Of a DNA stretch of 64,000 bases, positions 24,804-36,942 are shown one piece after another. Position 1 is the stretch's first letter. Each line of letters opens with the position of its first letter. Source of the DNA: Octopus vulgaris (lineage: Eukaryota); assembly GCA_951406725.2 (NCBI GenBank), contig OX597814.1, positions 204,848,001 through 204,912,000 of the forward strand, in the 5' to 3' direction. Both the position numbers and the translations under genes were made by a program. A model generated the notes under the pieces. It did not search any database. It worked only from the letters and a program-made list of their open reading frames with translations, and had not been told where the DNA came from.

Positions 24804-25020
24804 AATATATGTTTCTTTATTACCCACAAGGGGGCTAAACATAGAGGGGACAAACAAGGACAGACAAACGGATTAAATCGATTATATTGACCCCAGCGAC
24901 TCCGAAAGGATGAAAGGCAAAGTCGACCTCGGCGGAATTTGAACTCAGAACATAAAGACAGACGGAATACGGCTACGCATTTCGCCCGGCGTGCTAATGT
25001 TTCTGCCAGCTCACCGCCTC
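24804..25020 (-). mobile_element. SINE family B with TSD
   Basis: Flanked by the direct repeat tggttaatgtagtctga (24787-24803 and 25021-25037). Confidence 0.85.
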
Positions 25021-25403
25021 TGGTTAATGTAGTCTGAGATATAAACTGTATGAAAAGGTGGCAATATCTTGATGCCAGCGCCGCCTTGGCTAGCTTCCGT
25101 GCCGGTGGCACGTTAAAAGCACCAACCGATCGTACCCGATGCTAGACCCCTCTGGCACCTGTGCAGGTAGCACCTAAAAAGCACCCACTACACTCGCGGA
25201 GTGGTTGGCGTTAGGAAGGGCATCCAGCTGTAGAAACACTGCCAGATCAGACTGGAGCCTGGTGCAGCACTGGCTTCCCAGACCCCGGTCGAACCGTCCA
25301 ACCCGTGCTAGCGCGGAAAACGGACGTTAAACGATGATGATGATGATGATAGAAATACTTGATTAGGGTTCAACAGCAACTAATTAATGTTTATTTTTTG
25401 TAG

Positions 25404-25542
25404 ATTACTGACCGACAACATTCAGAACTTCAACAACTAAGGAGACATATTCGATCCTGTTTCCAATCCATAAACTGTTTTTTGATGCCACATCCTGGCC
25501 TGAAAGTCGCTTCAGATCCCAAATTTACTGGAAAATTGAAGG
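25404..25542 (+). CDS. ATL: Atlastin coding exon 7
   Basis: ttgtag|[46 protein letters not shown]+g|gtaact; 139 nt, phase 1. Confidence 0.96.
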
Positions 25543-25742
25543 GTAACTTTATGATAATATTTCTTTTCCTCTGTTTGTGTATTTTCATGGTTTTGTACCC
25601 TTTTGTCTTTTACTGCTTTTACTCATTAGGCTGTGACCATGCTGGGTGCTTATTCTGTCGGTCTTTTTTGCCAGATTGCTAAGTTATAGGTACATGAACA
25701 CACCAATACCAGTTGCTAAGTGTTGTACGAGGGACAAACAAA

Positions 25743-25826
<84 letters not shown>

Positions 25827-26220
25827 GGGCACACGACAGACTTCTCTTAGTTTCTGTCTACAAAATCCACTCACGAGTCTTTGGTTGGTCCAGGGCTATA
25901 GTAGAAGACACTTTCCCAAAGTGCCACGTGGTAGAACTGAACCTGGAACTATCTGGTTGGGAAGCAAACTTTTTACCACACAGCCATACCTGCACACACA
26001 CACACACACACACACAAAAACAACTTCAGAGGAGATTTCTGACTCCTCCAACTTTTGGTCTGGTTTAATCATAAAAACCAACAAGGATTGAAGATTATCT
26101 CAAACTTGGTAATCTGTCAGCTAGAAAGAATATTTAAACAGAAATGTTTCACGTTTTGTTGCTGGTCCATCAGGGTCTCAAATTTCTTTTCATTTGATTT
26201 TCTGTGTAAGATAACATTGT

Positions 26221-26811
26221 CATTGATGCCATCGATGCCATTGTCATCGTCATCATCATCATCATCATCATTGTCGTCATCATCGTCGTCGTCGTCATCA
26301 TCTTCATCATCATTATCATCATCACTGTCGTCATCATGATCATCATCATCATCACTGTCATCATCATGATCATCATCATTGTCATCATCATCATCATCAT
26401 TCTCATCATTAATGTCACTGTTGTTCTTGTCATCGTCACCATCATCATTGTCATCATTACCATCATCATCACTAACTTCATAACTGTTGTCATCATCGTC
26501 GTCGTCGTCGTCGTCGTCATCATCGTCGTCATCATCATCACTGTTGTCATCATTATCATCATCACTGTCGTCATCATTATCATCATCACTGTCGTCATCA
26601 TTATCATCATCACTGTCGTCATCATTATCATCATCACTGTCGTCATCATGATCATCATCATTGTTGTCATCATCATCATCATCATTCTCATCATTAATGT
26701 CACTGTTGTTCTTGTCATCGTCACCATCATCATCATTGTCATTATTACCATCATCGTCATCATCATCCTCATAGCTATTGTTCTCTTCTTCATCGTCACT
26801 ATCATCATCAT
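26221..26811. repeat. ~590-bp degenerate (CAT/CGT)n trinucleotide tract with internal duplications
   Basis: Visible directly. The block attctcatcattaatgtcactgttgttcttgtcatcgtcacc occurs twice and there is a run of 24-bp subunits. Confidence 0.9.
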
Positions 26812-27355
26812 CTTACGTACGCATTAAGATGCTGGTATGCATTGGAAAGCTCATCACGGATAAACGAATGCCTGGCATGCCTTTGGTTATAATCCTGTTT
26901 GGTTTAGTGGTCTTAGGCTAAGCGACAACGGCCACCTTCTTTCCATCGTGCGTCGGAGGTTCTCTCAGGTACAAAAGCCCTGACTAATGACTGCTGTTGC
27001 TAGGATTCCTGTCTTATAGCATGACAGATTGTCTGAGGAGACTGCATGAAGATAGGAGGAGATGTCGTCATCAGTTTCCTGTGGCTGTCGTTCGGGGGGT
27101 GGGGGTCACTGTTAGTGCCCTCAGTGGAACAGGATCTGCTCCAATAAGAAACAATGCGTTGGAGGTGGAGAGGGATGACCGTCTTGGGCCGCCGCAGTCA
27201 GCGGCACCTTTGATGGGCTGTCATTAAACGTTGAAGCCATGAATGATTGGCCAAGGGAGATAATTCTAGCAGACTGTAACTACTTGAAATATTTCGTCAC
27301 TTAAAAAACTCTAGCGATATCCTGTGATCGTATGTGATGATATATTTTGAAATAT

Positions 27356-28473
27356 AAGGCGGCGAGCTGGCAGAAACGTTAGCACGCCGGGCGAAATGCT
27401 TAGCAGTATTTCGTCTGCCGCTACATTCTGAGTTCAAATTCCGCTGAGGTCGACTTTGACTTTCATCCTTTTGGGGTCGATAAAATTAAGTACCAGTTAT
27501 GCACTGGGGTCGATGTCATCATCATCATCATCGTTTAACGTCCGTTCTCCATGCTAGCATGGGTTGGACGGTTCGACCGGGGATCTGGGAAGCCAGAAGG
27601 CTGCACCAGGCTCCGGTCTTATCTGGCAATGTTTCTACAGCTGGATGCCCTTCCTAATGCCAACCGCTCCGTGAGTGTAGTGGGTGCTTTTTACGTGCCA
27701 CCTGCACTGGTGCCAGGCGAGGCTGGCATCAGCCACGGTCGGATTGGTGCATTTTACGTGCCATCTGCATGGAAGCCAGTCGAGGCGGCACTGGCTTTGG
27801 CCACGATTCGGATGGTGCTTTTTACGTGACACCGACACGGAAGCCAGTCGAGGCAGCGCTGGCAATGGCCATGATTCGGATAGTGCTTTTTACGTATCTC
27901 CAGTCCAGGGGTCCTGGCATCTGCCGGGTGCCAGTCATAGGATTGGTTCAATTTTGATTCCGATTTCGATTTCACTTGCCCCAACAGGTCTTCGCAAGCA
28001 AAGTGGGGTTGGCATAGGTGCCTGTCGTCGGATGAGGTTCGATATCAACTTTGCTTGCCTCAACAGGTCTTTGTGTGTCCAAGGGAGAAAAGGCATGCAT
28101 TAGTGGGCTGATCTCACTTGTCCTGCCTGGTCTTTTTCACGCACAGCATATTTCCAAAGGTCTCGGTCGCTGGTCATTTCCTCAGTGAGACCTAAAGTTC
28201 GAAGGTCGTGCTTCACCACCTTGTCCCAAGTTTTCCTGGGTCTACCTCTTCCACGGGTTCCCTCCACTGCTAGGGATTGGCACTTTTTCACACACCTATC
28301 TTCATCCATTCTCGCCACATGACCATACCAGCGCAATCGTCTCTCTTGCACACCACAACTGATGCTCCTTAAGTCCAACATTTCTCTCAGGGTACTAACG
28401 CTCTGTCGAGCATGCACACTGACATTACGTTTGTCCCCTGTATGTTTAGCCCCTTGTGGGTAATAAAGAAACA
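27356..28473 (+). mobile_element. SINE family B interrupted by an RTE insertion
   Basis: 17-bp TSD gatatattttgaaatat (27339-27355 and 28474-28490); SINE 5' part runs to ~27515 and the 3' part resumes at ~28428. Confidence 0.85.
27517..28425 (-). mobile_element. 5'-truncated RTE-clade LINE (ORF C-terminus, 3'UTR, (GAT)n tail)
   Basis: ORF 28100-28417: QERRLRWYGHVARMDEDR...GTRGRGRPRKTWDKVVKHDLRTLGLTEEMTSDRDLW, typical of an RTE C-terminus. The 3'UTR has ~67-bp internal repeats. Confidence 0.9.
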
Positions 28474-29176
28474 GATATATTTTGAAATATGAGCCTTATG
28501 ATGTGGGACCAGCACTGAACGCCCTAAACCCAATCCATCTCATCACTCTTACCACTCTGTCCATTTCTCACTAACCCCTTTCCTCTGTTCCTCCCCTACT
28601 TTCTGTTCTGTTACTCTCTTGGCTACCACCACCGCCACCTCACAGCTATAAACCTATTCCTCTCATCATATCTTACCCACTTTCATCTTCGCTCTTCTCT
28701 CTATCCTTCAGCTATAGGGCTCCATTTAGCCCTTTAGTTTTGCAATCCAGCCTCACTAATAGCATTGCTAGGTTAAAAAGTACTCAATACACTCTGGGAA
28801 GTGCAGGAAGGGCATCTTGTCAGAGAAACTAAGCCAAAGCCGACATTGGATCATGACACTGTATTCTACATCAGATCGTGCCAACCCATCCAACCCACAC
28901 CAGCATGGAACATTGGACATTAGATGATGATGATTATGTGATCTTTTATCTTCTACTTGGTTCAGTCATTAGACTGTGGCCATGCTGGGGCACAGCCTTG
29001 AAGAATTTTTAGTCAAATGAATCAACTCCAGTACTCTGTTTTTTTGTTTTTTTGAAATTTTTTTTAAAGCCTGGTACTTATTCTGTTGGTCTCTGTTGCT
29101 GAACTGCTAAGTTACGGGAACGTAAACACACCAATATTGATTGTCAAGCAGTAGTGGGACACACACACAAATGTGC

Positions 29177-29207
<31 letters not shown>

Positions 29208-29552
29208 TACATACACGCAAATATACAGCCACAAATACACACACACACATACAAACACACACACATGTATATGACAGGCTTTTTTTTTCAGTTTCTGCCT
29301 GTTGAATCCATTCACAAGGCTTTGATCGGCCTGGGGCTATAGTAGACAACACTTACTCAAGGTACCACACTGGGATTGAACCTGAAACCACGTGGTTGGG
29401 AAGTAAGCTTCTTACCACACAGCCACACCTGTGATTGATGATTTATTTGTGTGATCTTGTCTGGTAATGTATCTTATGGGATGTCAGGTGGCACTGTCCC
29501 CCCCCCCCCCCCACAGATTTAACCAGCCTAATATTCCAATATTTCCTTTCAG

Positions 29553-29680
29553 ATATTGAACCAGACTTCAGACAATATTTACGCTCCCTAGTTAATCACA
29601 TACTGGCTCCGGAAAAATTAGTTGTGAAAGAAATCAATGGTACTAAGATAACTTGTGGAGAATTGGTGGAATATTTCAAG
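29553..29680 (+). CDS. ATL: Atlastin coding exon 8
   Basis: tttcag|(D)IEPDFRQYLRSLVNHILAPEKLVVKEINGTKITCGELVEYFK|gtaagt; 128 nt, completes the phase-1 codon. Confidence 0.96.
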
Positions 29681-29779
29681 GTAAGTCACCAAAGAATTTC
29701 TATTAATTTCTAAATGTCCTTATCAACGGTTTATGCTAGTGATTCATGTCAACATTTTATGTACATTAATATTTTATTG

Positions 29780-30770
29780 TAAGGTGATGGGCTGGCAGAG
29801 TTGTTTGCCAAAATGCTTAGTGGTTTATTTGTCTGCCTTTAAGGCGGCAAGCTGGCAGAATCGTTAGCATGCGTGGCGAAATGCTTCGGGGTATTTTGTC
29901 TGCCGTTACGTTCTGTGTTCAAATTCCGCCGAGGTCGACTTTGCCTTTCATCTTTCGGGGTCGATTAAATAAGTACCTATTTCTTTACTACCCACAAGGG
30001 GCCAAACACAGAGGGAACAAACAAGGGGATTAAGTCGATTATATCGACCCCAGTGCGCAACTGGTACTTAATTTATTGACCCCGAAAGGATGAAAGGCAA
30101 AGTCGACCTCGGCGGAATTTGAACTCAGAACGTAACGGTAGACGAAATACTGCAAAGCATCTCGCCCAGCATGTTAACGTTTCTGCCAGCTCGCCGCCTT
30201 AAATAAGTACCAGTTACGCCGATTAAATAAGTACCAGTTATGCACTGGGGTCGATATAATCGACTTAATCCGTTTGTCTGTCCTTGTTTGTTCTCTCTGT
30301 GTTTAGCCTCTTGTAGGTAGTAAAGAAATAGGTCTGCTGTTTCGTTCTGAGTTCTAATTCCGCCGAGGTCGACTTTGCCTTTCATCTTTCGGGGTCGATT
30401 AAATAAGTACCAGTTATGCACTGGGGTCAATATAATCGACTTAATCCGTTTGTCTGTTTTTGTTTGTCTTCTCTGTGTTTAGCCCCTTGTGGGCAGTAAA
30501 GAAATAGGTATTTCGTCTGCCGTTACGTTCTGAGTTCAAATTCCGCCTTTCATTCTTTCGGGGTCGATAAATTAAGTACCAGTTACACACTGGGGTTGAT
30601 ATAATCGACTTAATCCGTTTGTCTGTCCTTGTTAGTCCTCTCTGTGTTTAGCCCCTTGTGGGTAGTAAAGAAATAGGTATATTTGTCTGTCTAACATTCT
30701 GTGTTCAAATTCTGCTGACTTTACCTTTCATCCTTTTGAGACCTGGTGGGGGTGGGAGTTTGATGTAATC
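29780..30770. mobile_element. Cluster of SINE family B copies (one inverted nested copy plus tandem 5'-truncated units)
   Basis: Plus copy 29841-29977, minus copy 29978-30200 flanked by aaataagtacc, then head-to-tail ~175-bp units. Confidence 0.8.
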
Positions 30771-31787
30771 AGCTTAGCCGCTCCTCCGAAATTGCTGGCC
30801 CTGTGCCAAAATTTGAAGTTGATATTTTATTGTGTTTATTTAATATCAAGATTTTGTTGAAGCCTTGCAGTCATTCTCTCTAACAGTCACAGCTAGTACA
30901 AGGGAGATAATCACTTTTCCATAATTGGCAGCAAGATTAGAAATATAAAATTGAAATTAAGGAATTGTAAAGAAAAAAATGCATAGAATTCACATATTTA
31001 ATTAATTAATTTTTTTTTTGGGGGTGGGGGTGCTTAATGTGAAGATCATAAAATTTCCAGTCATTGATAATCATGTATAGCATCATTTCATTCTTTTTCA
31101 AATTCATCAGCATGACATGACCTGTGACAGGTTAATTGTTATAATTCTGGTCATGGCTGTGTATTTATTCTGCTAGAAGGCGGCGAGCTGGCGGAAACGT
31201 TAGCACACCGGGCAAAATGCTCAGCGGTATTTCGTCTGCCATTACCTTCTGAGTTCAAATTCCTCTGAGGTCGACTTTGCCTTTCATCCTTTTGGGGTCG
31301 ATAAATTAAGTACCAGTTACTCATTGGGGTCGGTGCAATCGATTTAATCCGTTTGTCTGTCCTTGTTTGTCTCCTCTATGTTTAGCCTCTTGTGGGCAAT
31401 AAAGAAATAAGAGGTCTTCTGGTCCATTCTTTGATGTCATCCAGCCAGTATCTTTGTTTCCCATTAACTCTTCCTTCTAGGATGTGGATGCTGAAGCTCT
31501 GGGTCCTGGTGAACAAGTCCAAAATACTGCAGCTTCCACTTCCTAAGAGATGTCAAAAATTCCCTTTCTATTCCTATTTCTTCAAGAATTGACTCATTTG
31601 TTCAATGGTTAACCCAGCTGATCCTAAGCACTCTTTATTAGCTCACTGTTCCAAAAGCTTTGTATCTGGCAATATTATATACAGAATACTAACCAATAAT
31701 TATTGAAATTTATTTCCAATTTCTTTGTGTAATTTATATTCAAATTGAAATGATTTTCAAATTTCTGTTTTATTTTATCTTATTCAG

Positions 31788-31844
31788 GCATACATCAAGA
31801 TCTACCAAGGAGAAGAATTACCGGAACCTAAATCTATGTTAGAG
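31788..31844 (+). CDS. ATL: Atlastin coding exon 9
   Basis: ttcag|AYIKIYQGEELPEPKSMLE|gtaagc; GTPase-to-helical-bundle linker; 57 nt. Confidence 0.96.
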
Positions 31845-32324
31845 GTAAGCAATGCTGGTATATTCTTTGTTCTTAGTCTGTTATGGTGGGGTGGGGGAAG
31901 GAAGCCCCAGCAATGGTTAAAGTTCCTCGTTTGCTGAAATATTTCAGTTTATAAAATTAGTTAAAAACTTCATCAACTTAATTGAATTTACTTTTTGTAG
32001 CCCATCATCATCATCATCAATGTTTAAGAGAGCTTTTTTGTTAAGTTTGAAATACCAGTTTAATAAAAGTAAAGTTAGTTAATTTAGTCAACACCTTCAA
32101 AATTGTGATTATTTTCAGACTTTATTGAAATAGAACCAGAGGTGGCCCCAGGTGGGTTTGTATCAAAAGAGCTTAAACATAATCCTTGATGTTTTCCTCT
32201 TTCCTAGACACAATTGTCATCATCTCACTATTATTGTATCAAAGAAAGTTTCCTATCTTTGTTCTGTCTCCTTGTTGAATTCCCAGTTTCTAAACCTTGT
32301 GTCTGTCTGTTTGTCTTGTTGCAG

Positions 32325-32396
32325 GCCACAGCAGAAGCTAACAACTTGGCTGCCGTTGCATGTGCTCGCAATTACTATTCAACTAATATGGAAGCT
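32325..32396 (+). CDS. ATL: Atlastin coding exon 10
   Basis: ttgcag|ATAEANNLAAVACARNYYSTNMEA|gtaaga; 72 nt. Confidence 0.96.
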
Positions 32397-32799
32397 GTAA
32401 GAAATTTTATTTCCTTTTAATTTCCAGTTTTAACCATCATCATCATCATCATCATCAATCACAATTTTATGTTTGCCTCCTCTCACCCTCTCTCCCCTTT
32501 GTTACAAAGTGGACAAGTCTGACAGCATCTTGCCATTTGATACACTCTCTTGTTGTCTGATACTCAAAGCACCTGAGACACCTTGGTCAGTTTTGTTGTG
32601 TGTGTCATGTCTTTAGAGAGCAAAGCCTATGTAGCTGGATGTCTTTACTATCCCCGACCACTTCACAATGTGGGCCAGGTGCCTTTTTTCATGGTATTCG
32701 TACAAAAGAAGGCATTTGCAGACCACAGTAAAAGTTTAGATTATTGATACTTGATGGTCAGATTCTGGTGTTAATGACTTGACATAGTCATCAGTTAGC

Positions 32800-33142
32800 T
32801 ACCTTTCGGAGACCCCTTTCGGTCACGAATGACCATGGGATTGCACCTAGAAAGTTACCCTCCGAGGCACAAGTCTGAGCAAGCTTGTTTACGGACGACC
32901 AGCAGTTGCCCATGCATACCGGCCTCCCTTCTCCATGCCACCAATGTTATCCAAGGGAAAGGCAAAGGGGCCAATACAGTTTGGCACCAGTGATGTCGCA
33001 ACTCATTTCTACAGCTGAGTGAACTGGAGCAATGTGAAATAAAGTGTCTTGCTCAAGAACACAACACGCAGTCCGGTCCGGGATTCGAACTCACATCACA
33101 GTCGTAAGGTCGACGCTCTGACCACTGAGCCATGTGCCTTCA
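32800..33142 (-). mobile_element. tRNA-derived SINE family D
   Basis: Minus strand ggcacatggctcagtggtcagagcg...gagttcgaatcccgg followed by gttcttgagcaagacactttatttcacattgctccagttcactcagctg, shared with ~22640-22890. Confidence 0.7.
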
Positions 33143-33416
33143 CTTATCTACCTTTAGTAGTTAATTATATCATTTGTTATGGCTTTGTCAGGAAGCAGGG
33201 ATGGAGCTGTCTTAAGTACAGTGACATCAGTGCTGTTAATGTTCAGCTCAAACGTTTGTAAATTGTAAGAAATAAGCACAAGTTGGGGCTGGAATTGTAT
33301 GTGTGTGAGTGGGATCACACACTGGTGGGGAGGAAGGATTGGATGTTTTCTTGTATATGTCTTCAGTTGACTATAGTTTTTTCTGTTAAAGCTTCCTTAT
33401 ATTCTATACATTGCAG

Positions 33417-33848
33417 GCAGTTGGAGGAGACCGACCTTATCTTCATCCAGATTGTTTGAATAAAGATCACGCAAAGTTCCAGGAGGAAGCTCTAAAATTA
33501 TTCCGTTCCACAAGAAAAATGGGCGGATCAGAGTTCAGTCATTCTTACGAGGAGAAACTTCAAAAAGAAATTGAAGGGTTGTTTGTGAACTTTTGCAACC
33601 ACAACGAGGGCAAAAACATTTTTAAAACTGCTCGAACCCCTGCTGTCCTTGTTATTATGATGATTTTCTTCTATTTTGGAGCCACATTATTTGCTTTCTT
33701 TGGACTCAGCCCAGTGGCAGCACTCTTTAACTTGATTATGTGGATTGTTCTCTTATTGATCATTGTTGCAGGTTATGTTCGTTACAGCGGAGAATACATT
33801 GACATTGGTTCTGCAATCGATCAATTAGCTGAGAAAATCTGGGAAAAT
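33417..33848 (+). CDS. ATL: Atlastin coding exon 11 (three-helix bundle, two TM segments, amphipathic helix)
   Basis: ttgcag|AVGGDRPYLHP...RKMGGSEFS...KNIFKTARTPAVL, hydrophobic hairpin, YVRYSGEYIDIGSAIDQLAEKIWEN|gtaagt; 432 nt. Confidence 0.97.
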
Positions 33849-34113
33849 GTAAGTATTATTGTAATAATTATTGTTTTCATCATCATTATTTAGTGTCCAT
33901 TTTTCGATTCTAGCAGAGGCTGGATGGATTGGCAGCATTTGACGGCTGCAGGGACTGTATCATGCTCTTGGATTCCGTTCCAAACGCTAACCTCTTCATA
34001 GCATGTACTGGGTGCTTATTTTGTGGCACCAGCACTGTTGAGGGTGCCTTGCAGCCTACAAGACTATTAACCCTCAGAGAGGCAGTTTTATGCTAGTAGA
34101 TGAGGGCTTAAAG

Positions 34114-34704
34114 CAGCGGTTATCAACCAAGGTCCATATGATCCTTGGGGTTTCCATATAGGATTTAAAAAAAAATTTATTTGCAGTAAACTGGTTATAC
34201 TTCTACATTACACGAAATCCTCAGCATCCTCATCATGGTTGCTTAACATCTGCCTTCCATGCTGGCATGGGTGGGACGGTTTGACAAGAGCCGACCAGGC
34301 AGAAGCCCTGCACCAAACTTCTGTGACTGTTTTGGCAAGGTTTTTACAGCTGGATGCCCTTCCTAACACCGACCACTCAGGAGTGGACTTAGTGCTTTTT
34401 ACGTGGCACAAGCACAAGTGAGGTCAGTTTTGGCAAGGTTTTTACAGTTGGATGCCCTTCCTAACACCAACCACTTTGCAGTGTGGACTGGGTGCTTTTA
34501 AATGGCGCCTGCACTGATAGGGTCACCAAGTACTTGCAAGACAAAAAAAATTCTCTTTTGAGAGGAGAAGGGGTCATTGGAGACAATTCCAAATTATATT
34601 TAATTATGAAAATACACAATTTTTTAAATATACATTGAATGGTTATGGGGGGTCCAGTAGAGTAAAATAGGGTCCATTAGACAAGGAATGGTTGAGAACC
34701 TCTT
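34114..34704. mobile_element. Degenerate hAT-type MITE with nested RTE tail
   Basis: Ends cagcggttatcaacc / ggttgagaacctct; flanks gcttaaag / gtttaaag. Confidence 0.5.
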
Positions 34705-35344
34705 AGTTTAAAGCATGAGAGAAAGGACCAGAGTAGGAGAGGTTTCTCATTGTAGGGCAGCTACAGGGTTGCTCAGATTTTAGAAGAGAGGCTGAGAGGC
34801 TGAAGTGGGGGAGAGATAAAAAGAGGGACAATGAAGTGTCTGAGTGAACCCTCAGGGTATGAGAGGGATAGAAGTGAGTGGGGGTGGGGAACAGAAGAAT
34901 GAGGGGTGTGGGTGGGTAAAGGCTACAAGAGGGTATGGTAGAGTTGAGAGATGGGGAAATGGGTGAGGAGGTGAATATAAAAATTAAAGGGACAAGTGTT
35001 AACTAAATAAAGAGAGGTAAGGAAGAGTAGAGTTTGGATAAGGTTGAGGGGTGGATGAGGGGTGAACAATGATTCATGGTGTGGGGTGTTGAAGAGTAGC
35101 AGAATAATGATGAGACAATAGACGGTGGGGGGGGACGATGAGGAGGAGAGAGAGAGAGAAAGAAACAAGTGTGGTGGTGGTGGGGAGATAGAGAGGTAGG
35201 CGTAGTGTATGGAGGGAGTGAGAAACATGGTTGCGAGGAAGATAAGGTGATTTGGTGACTCAGTGGATGGGGTGGGTAAGCCAATGTAAAGTATGGGTAG
35301 AGAGGACAATATGAAGGACGAGCTGTGAGTGTCGCGAACTGTTC

Positions 35345-36050
35345 CATCATAATCATCATCATCATCATCGTTTAGCGTCCGCTTTCCATGCTAGCATGGG
35401 TTGGACGGTTCGACGAGGGTCTGGGAAGCTAGGAGGCTGCATCAGGCCCAGTCTGATCTGGCAGTGTTTCTACAGCTGGATGCCCTTCCTAACGCCAACC
35501 ACTCCGTGAGTGTAGTGGGTGTTTTTTATGTGCCACCAGCACAGGGGCCAGAGGAGGCTGGCACCTGTGTAGTGGGTGTTTTTTATGTGCCACCAGCACA
35601 GGGGCCAGAGGAGGCTGGCACCTGTGTAGTGGGTGTTTTTTATGTGCCACCAGCACAGGGGCCAGAGGAGGCTGGCACCTGTGTAGTGGGTGTTTTTTAT
35701 GTGCCACCAGCACAGGGGCCAGAGGAGGCTGGCACCGGCCACGATTGGTTGGTGCACTTTTTATGTGCCACCGGCACAGAATCCAGTCAAGGCAGCGCTG
35801 GCATTGGCCATGTTTGGATGGTGTTTTTTTACATGCCACCTGCACGGGTATCACAACGACAATTTTATTTTGATGTTGATTTACTTGACTCAGTAGGTCT
35901 CCTCATGCACAGCAGGTCACCCTACAATCCAAGCTAAGCACAGCAGGTCACCCTACAATCCAAGGTACCTTGAATGGGCTGGGGCTGGTTATGTGAAGCT
36001 GGTGTAGGATACGCTGTGGACTCACTTTATTTGTCGGGTCTTCGCAGTCT
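35345..36050 (-). mobile_element. RTE 3' end with internal 57-bp x4 tandem expansion
   Basis: gtgtagtgggtgttttttatgtgccaccagcacaggggccagaggaggctggcacc repeated four times at ~35510-35737. Confidence 0.85.
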
Positions 36051-36299
36051 CAAATTTGTTTTCCATTTCTAAAACTATTCTAAGTTTTTGGATTGGGTTA
36101 TAAGACAAAACTTTCATAATCTCATTCTGATTTAGCTTTAGTTTCTTGCTGCAAGTGTCTGTTTTGGATACGGCGAGATAAAGCGTTTGTCGCTGGATCA
36201 CTGGGATTTCTCAAAGCAGGTAGCTAACAGAGTTATGCCCCTTGATGCAGAGGTTTCTTCGTGATGACTGAATAATTTCAAATGTTTGCCACGAAGGTA

Positions 36300-36680
36300 G
36301 CTCAGGGGAGGAGCGGGGTTAAGTTGATTACATCGACCCCAGTGTATAACTGGTACTTATCTAACCGACCCCGAAAAGATGAAAGGCAAATCGACCTCGG
36401 CGGATTTTGCACTCAGAACATAGTGGCAGACGAAATACCTATTTCTTTATTACCCACAAGGGGCTAAACATAGAGGGGACAAACAAGGACAGACATAGGT
36501 ATTAAGTCGATTACATCGACCCCAGTACGTAACTGGTACTTAATTTATCGACCCCGAAGGGATGAAAGGCAAAGTCGACCTCGGTGGAATTTGAACTCAG
36601 AACGTAACAGCAGACGAAATACCGCTAAGCATTTCGCCCAGTGTGCTAACGATTCTGCCAGTTCACTGCCGCCGCCTTAT
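36300..36680 (-). mobile_element. Dimeric SINE family B
   Basis: Two units joined at gacgaaatacctatttctttattacccac. The same structure occurs at ~53150-53547; other family copies lie at 31178-31410 and 58540-58933. Confidence 0.8.
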
Positions 36681-36858
36681 AATAGCACATAATGGCTACA
36701 ATAGTAAGTGAGGCCTGGATTTCAGATATTCTTGTGGATGGGTTTTCTAATCTCACAGCCTCTCCCCACCCTATTTTATGGTTGATTATATGAATACTAA
36801 AATCAAATGAATGCATATTAAAACTTTTTTTTTTTAATTGTTTCTCTCTGTTTTTCAG

Positions 36859-36942
36859 GTTATTTCTCACCTGTTGGCAAAAGCGGGAGAAAAAACAGCT
36901 AAATATGCTGTCAAGAATCAAATGAAAAATAAAAAAGTCTGA
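36859..36942 (+). CDS. ATL: Atlastin terminal coding exon
   Basis: Strong polypyrimidine acceptor tttctctctgtttttcag, then VISHLLAKAGEKTAKYAVKNQMKNKKV-stop in phase 0. The basic end fits a KxKxx ER-retrieval pattern. Followed by repeat-poor AT-rich 3'UTR-like sequence with aataaa hexamers. The region is poorly conserved, so less certain. Confidence 0.75.
   Translation, partial: VISHLLAKAGEKTAKYAVKNQMKNKKV

Noticed and set aside
26170-26827. Poly-Met/Ile/Ser ORFs
   Set aside because: Translations of an intronic (CAT)n tract.
33417-33420. Alternative acceptor 4 nt downstream (caggcag)
   Set aside because: It would shift the frame; the upstream AG gives the in-frame 432-nt exon.
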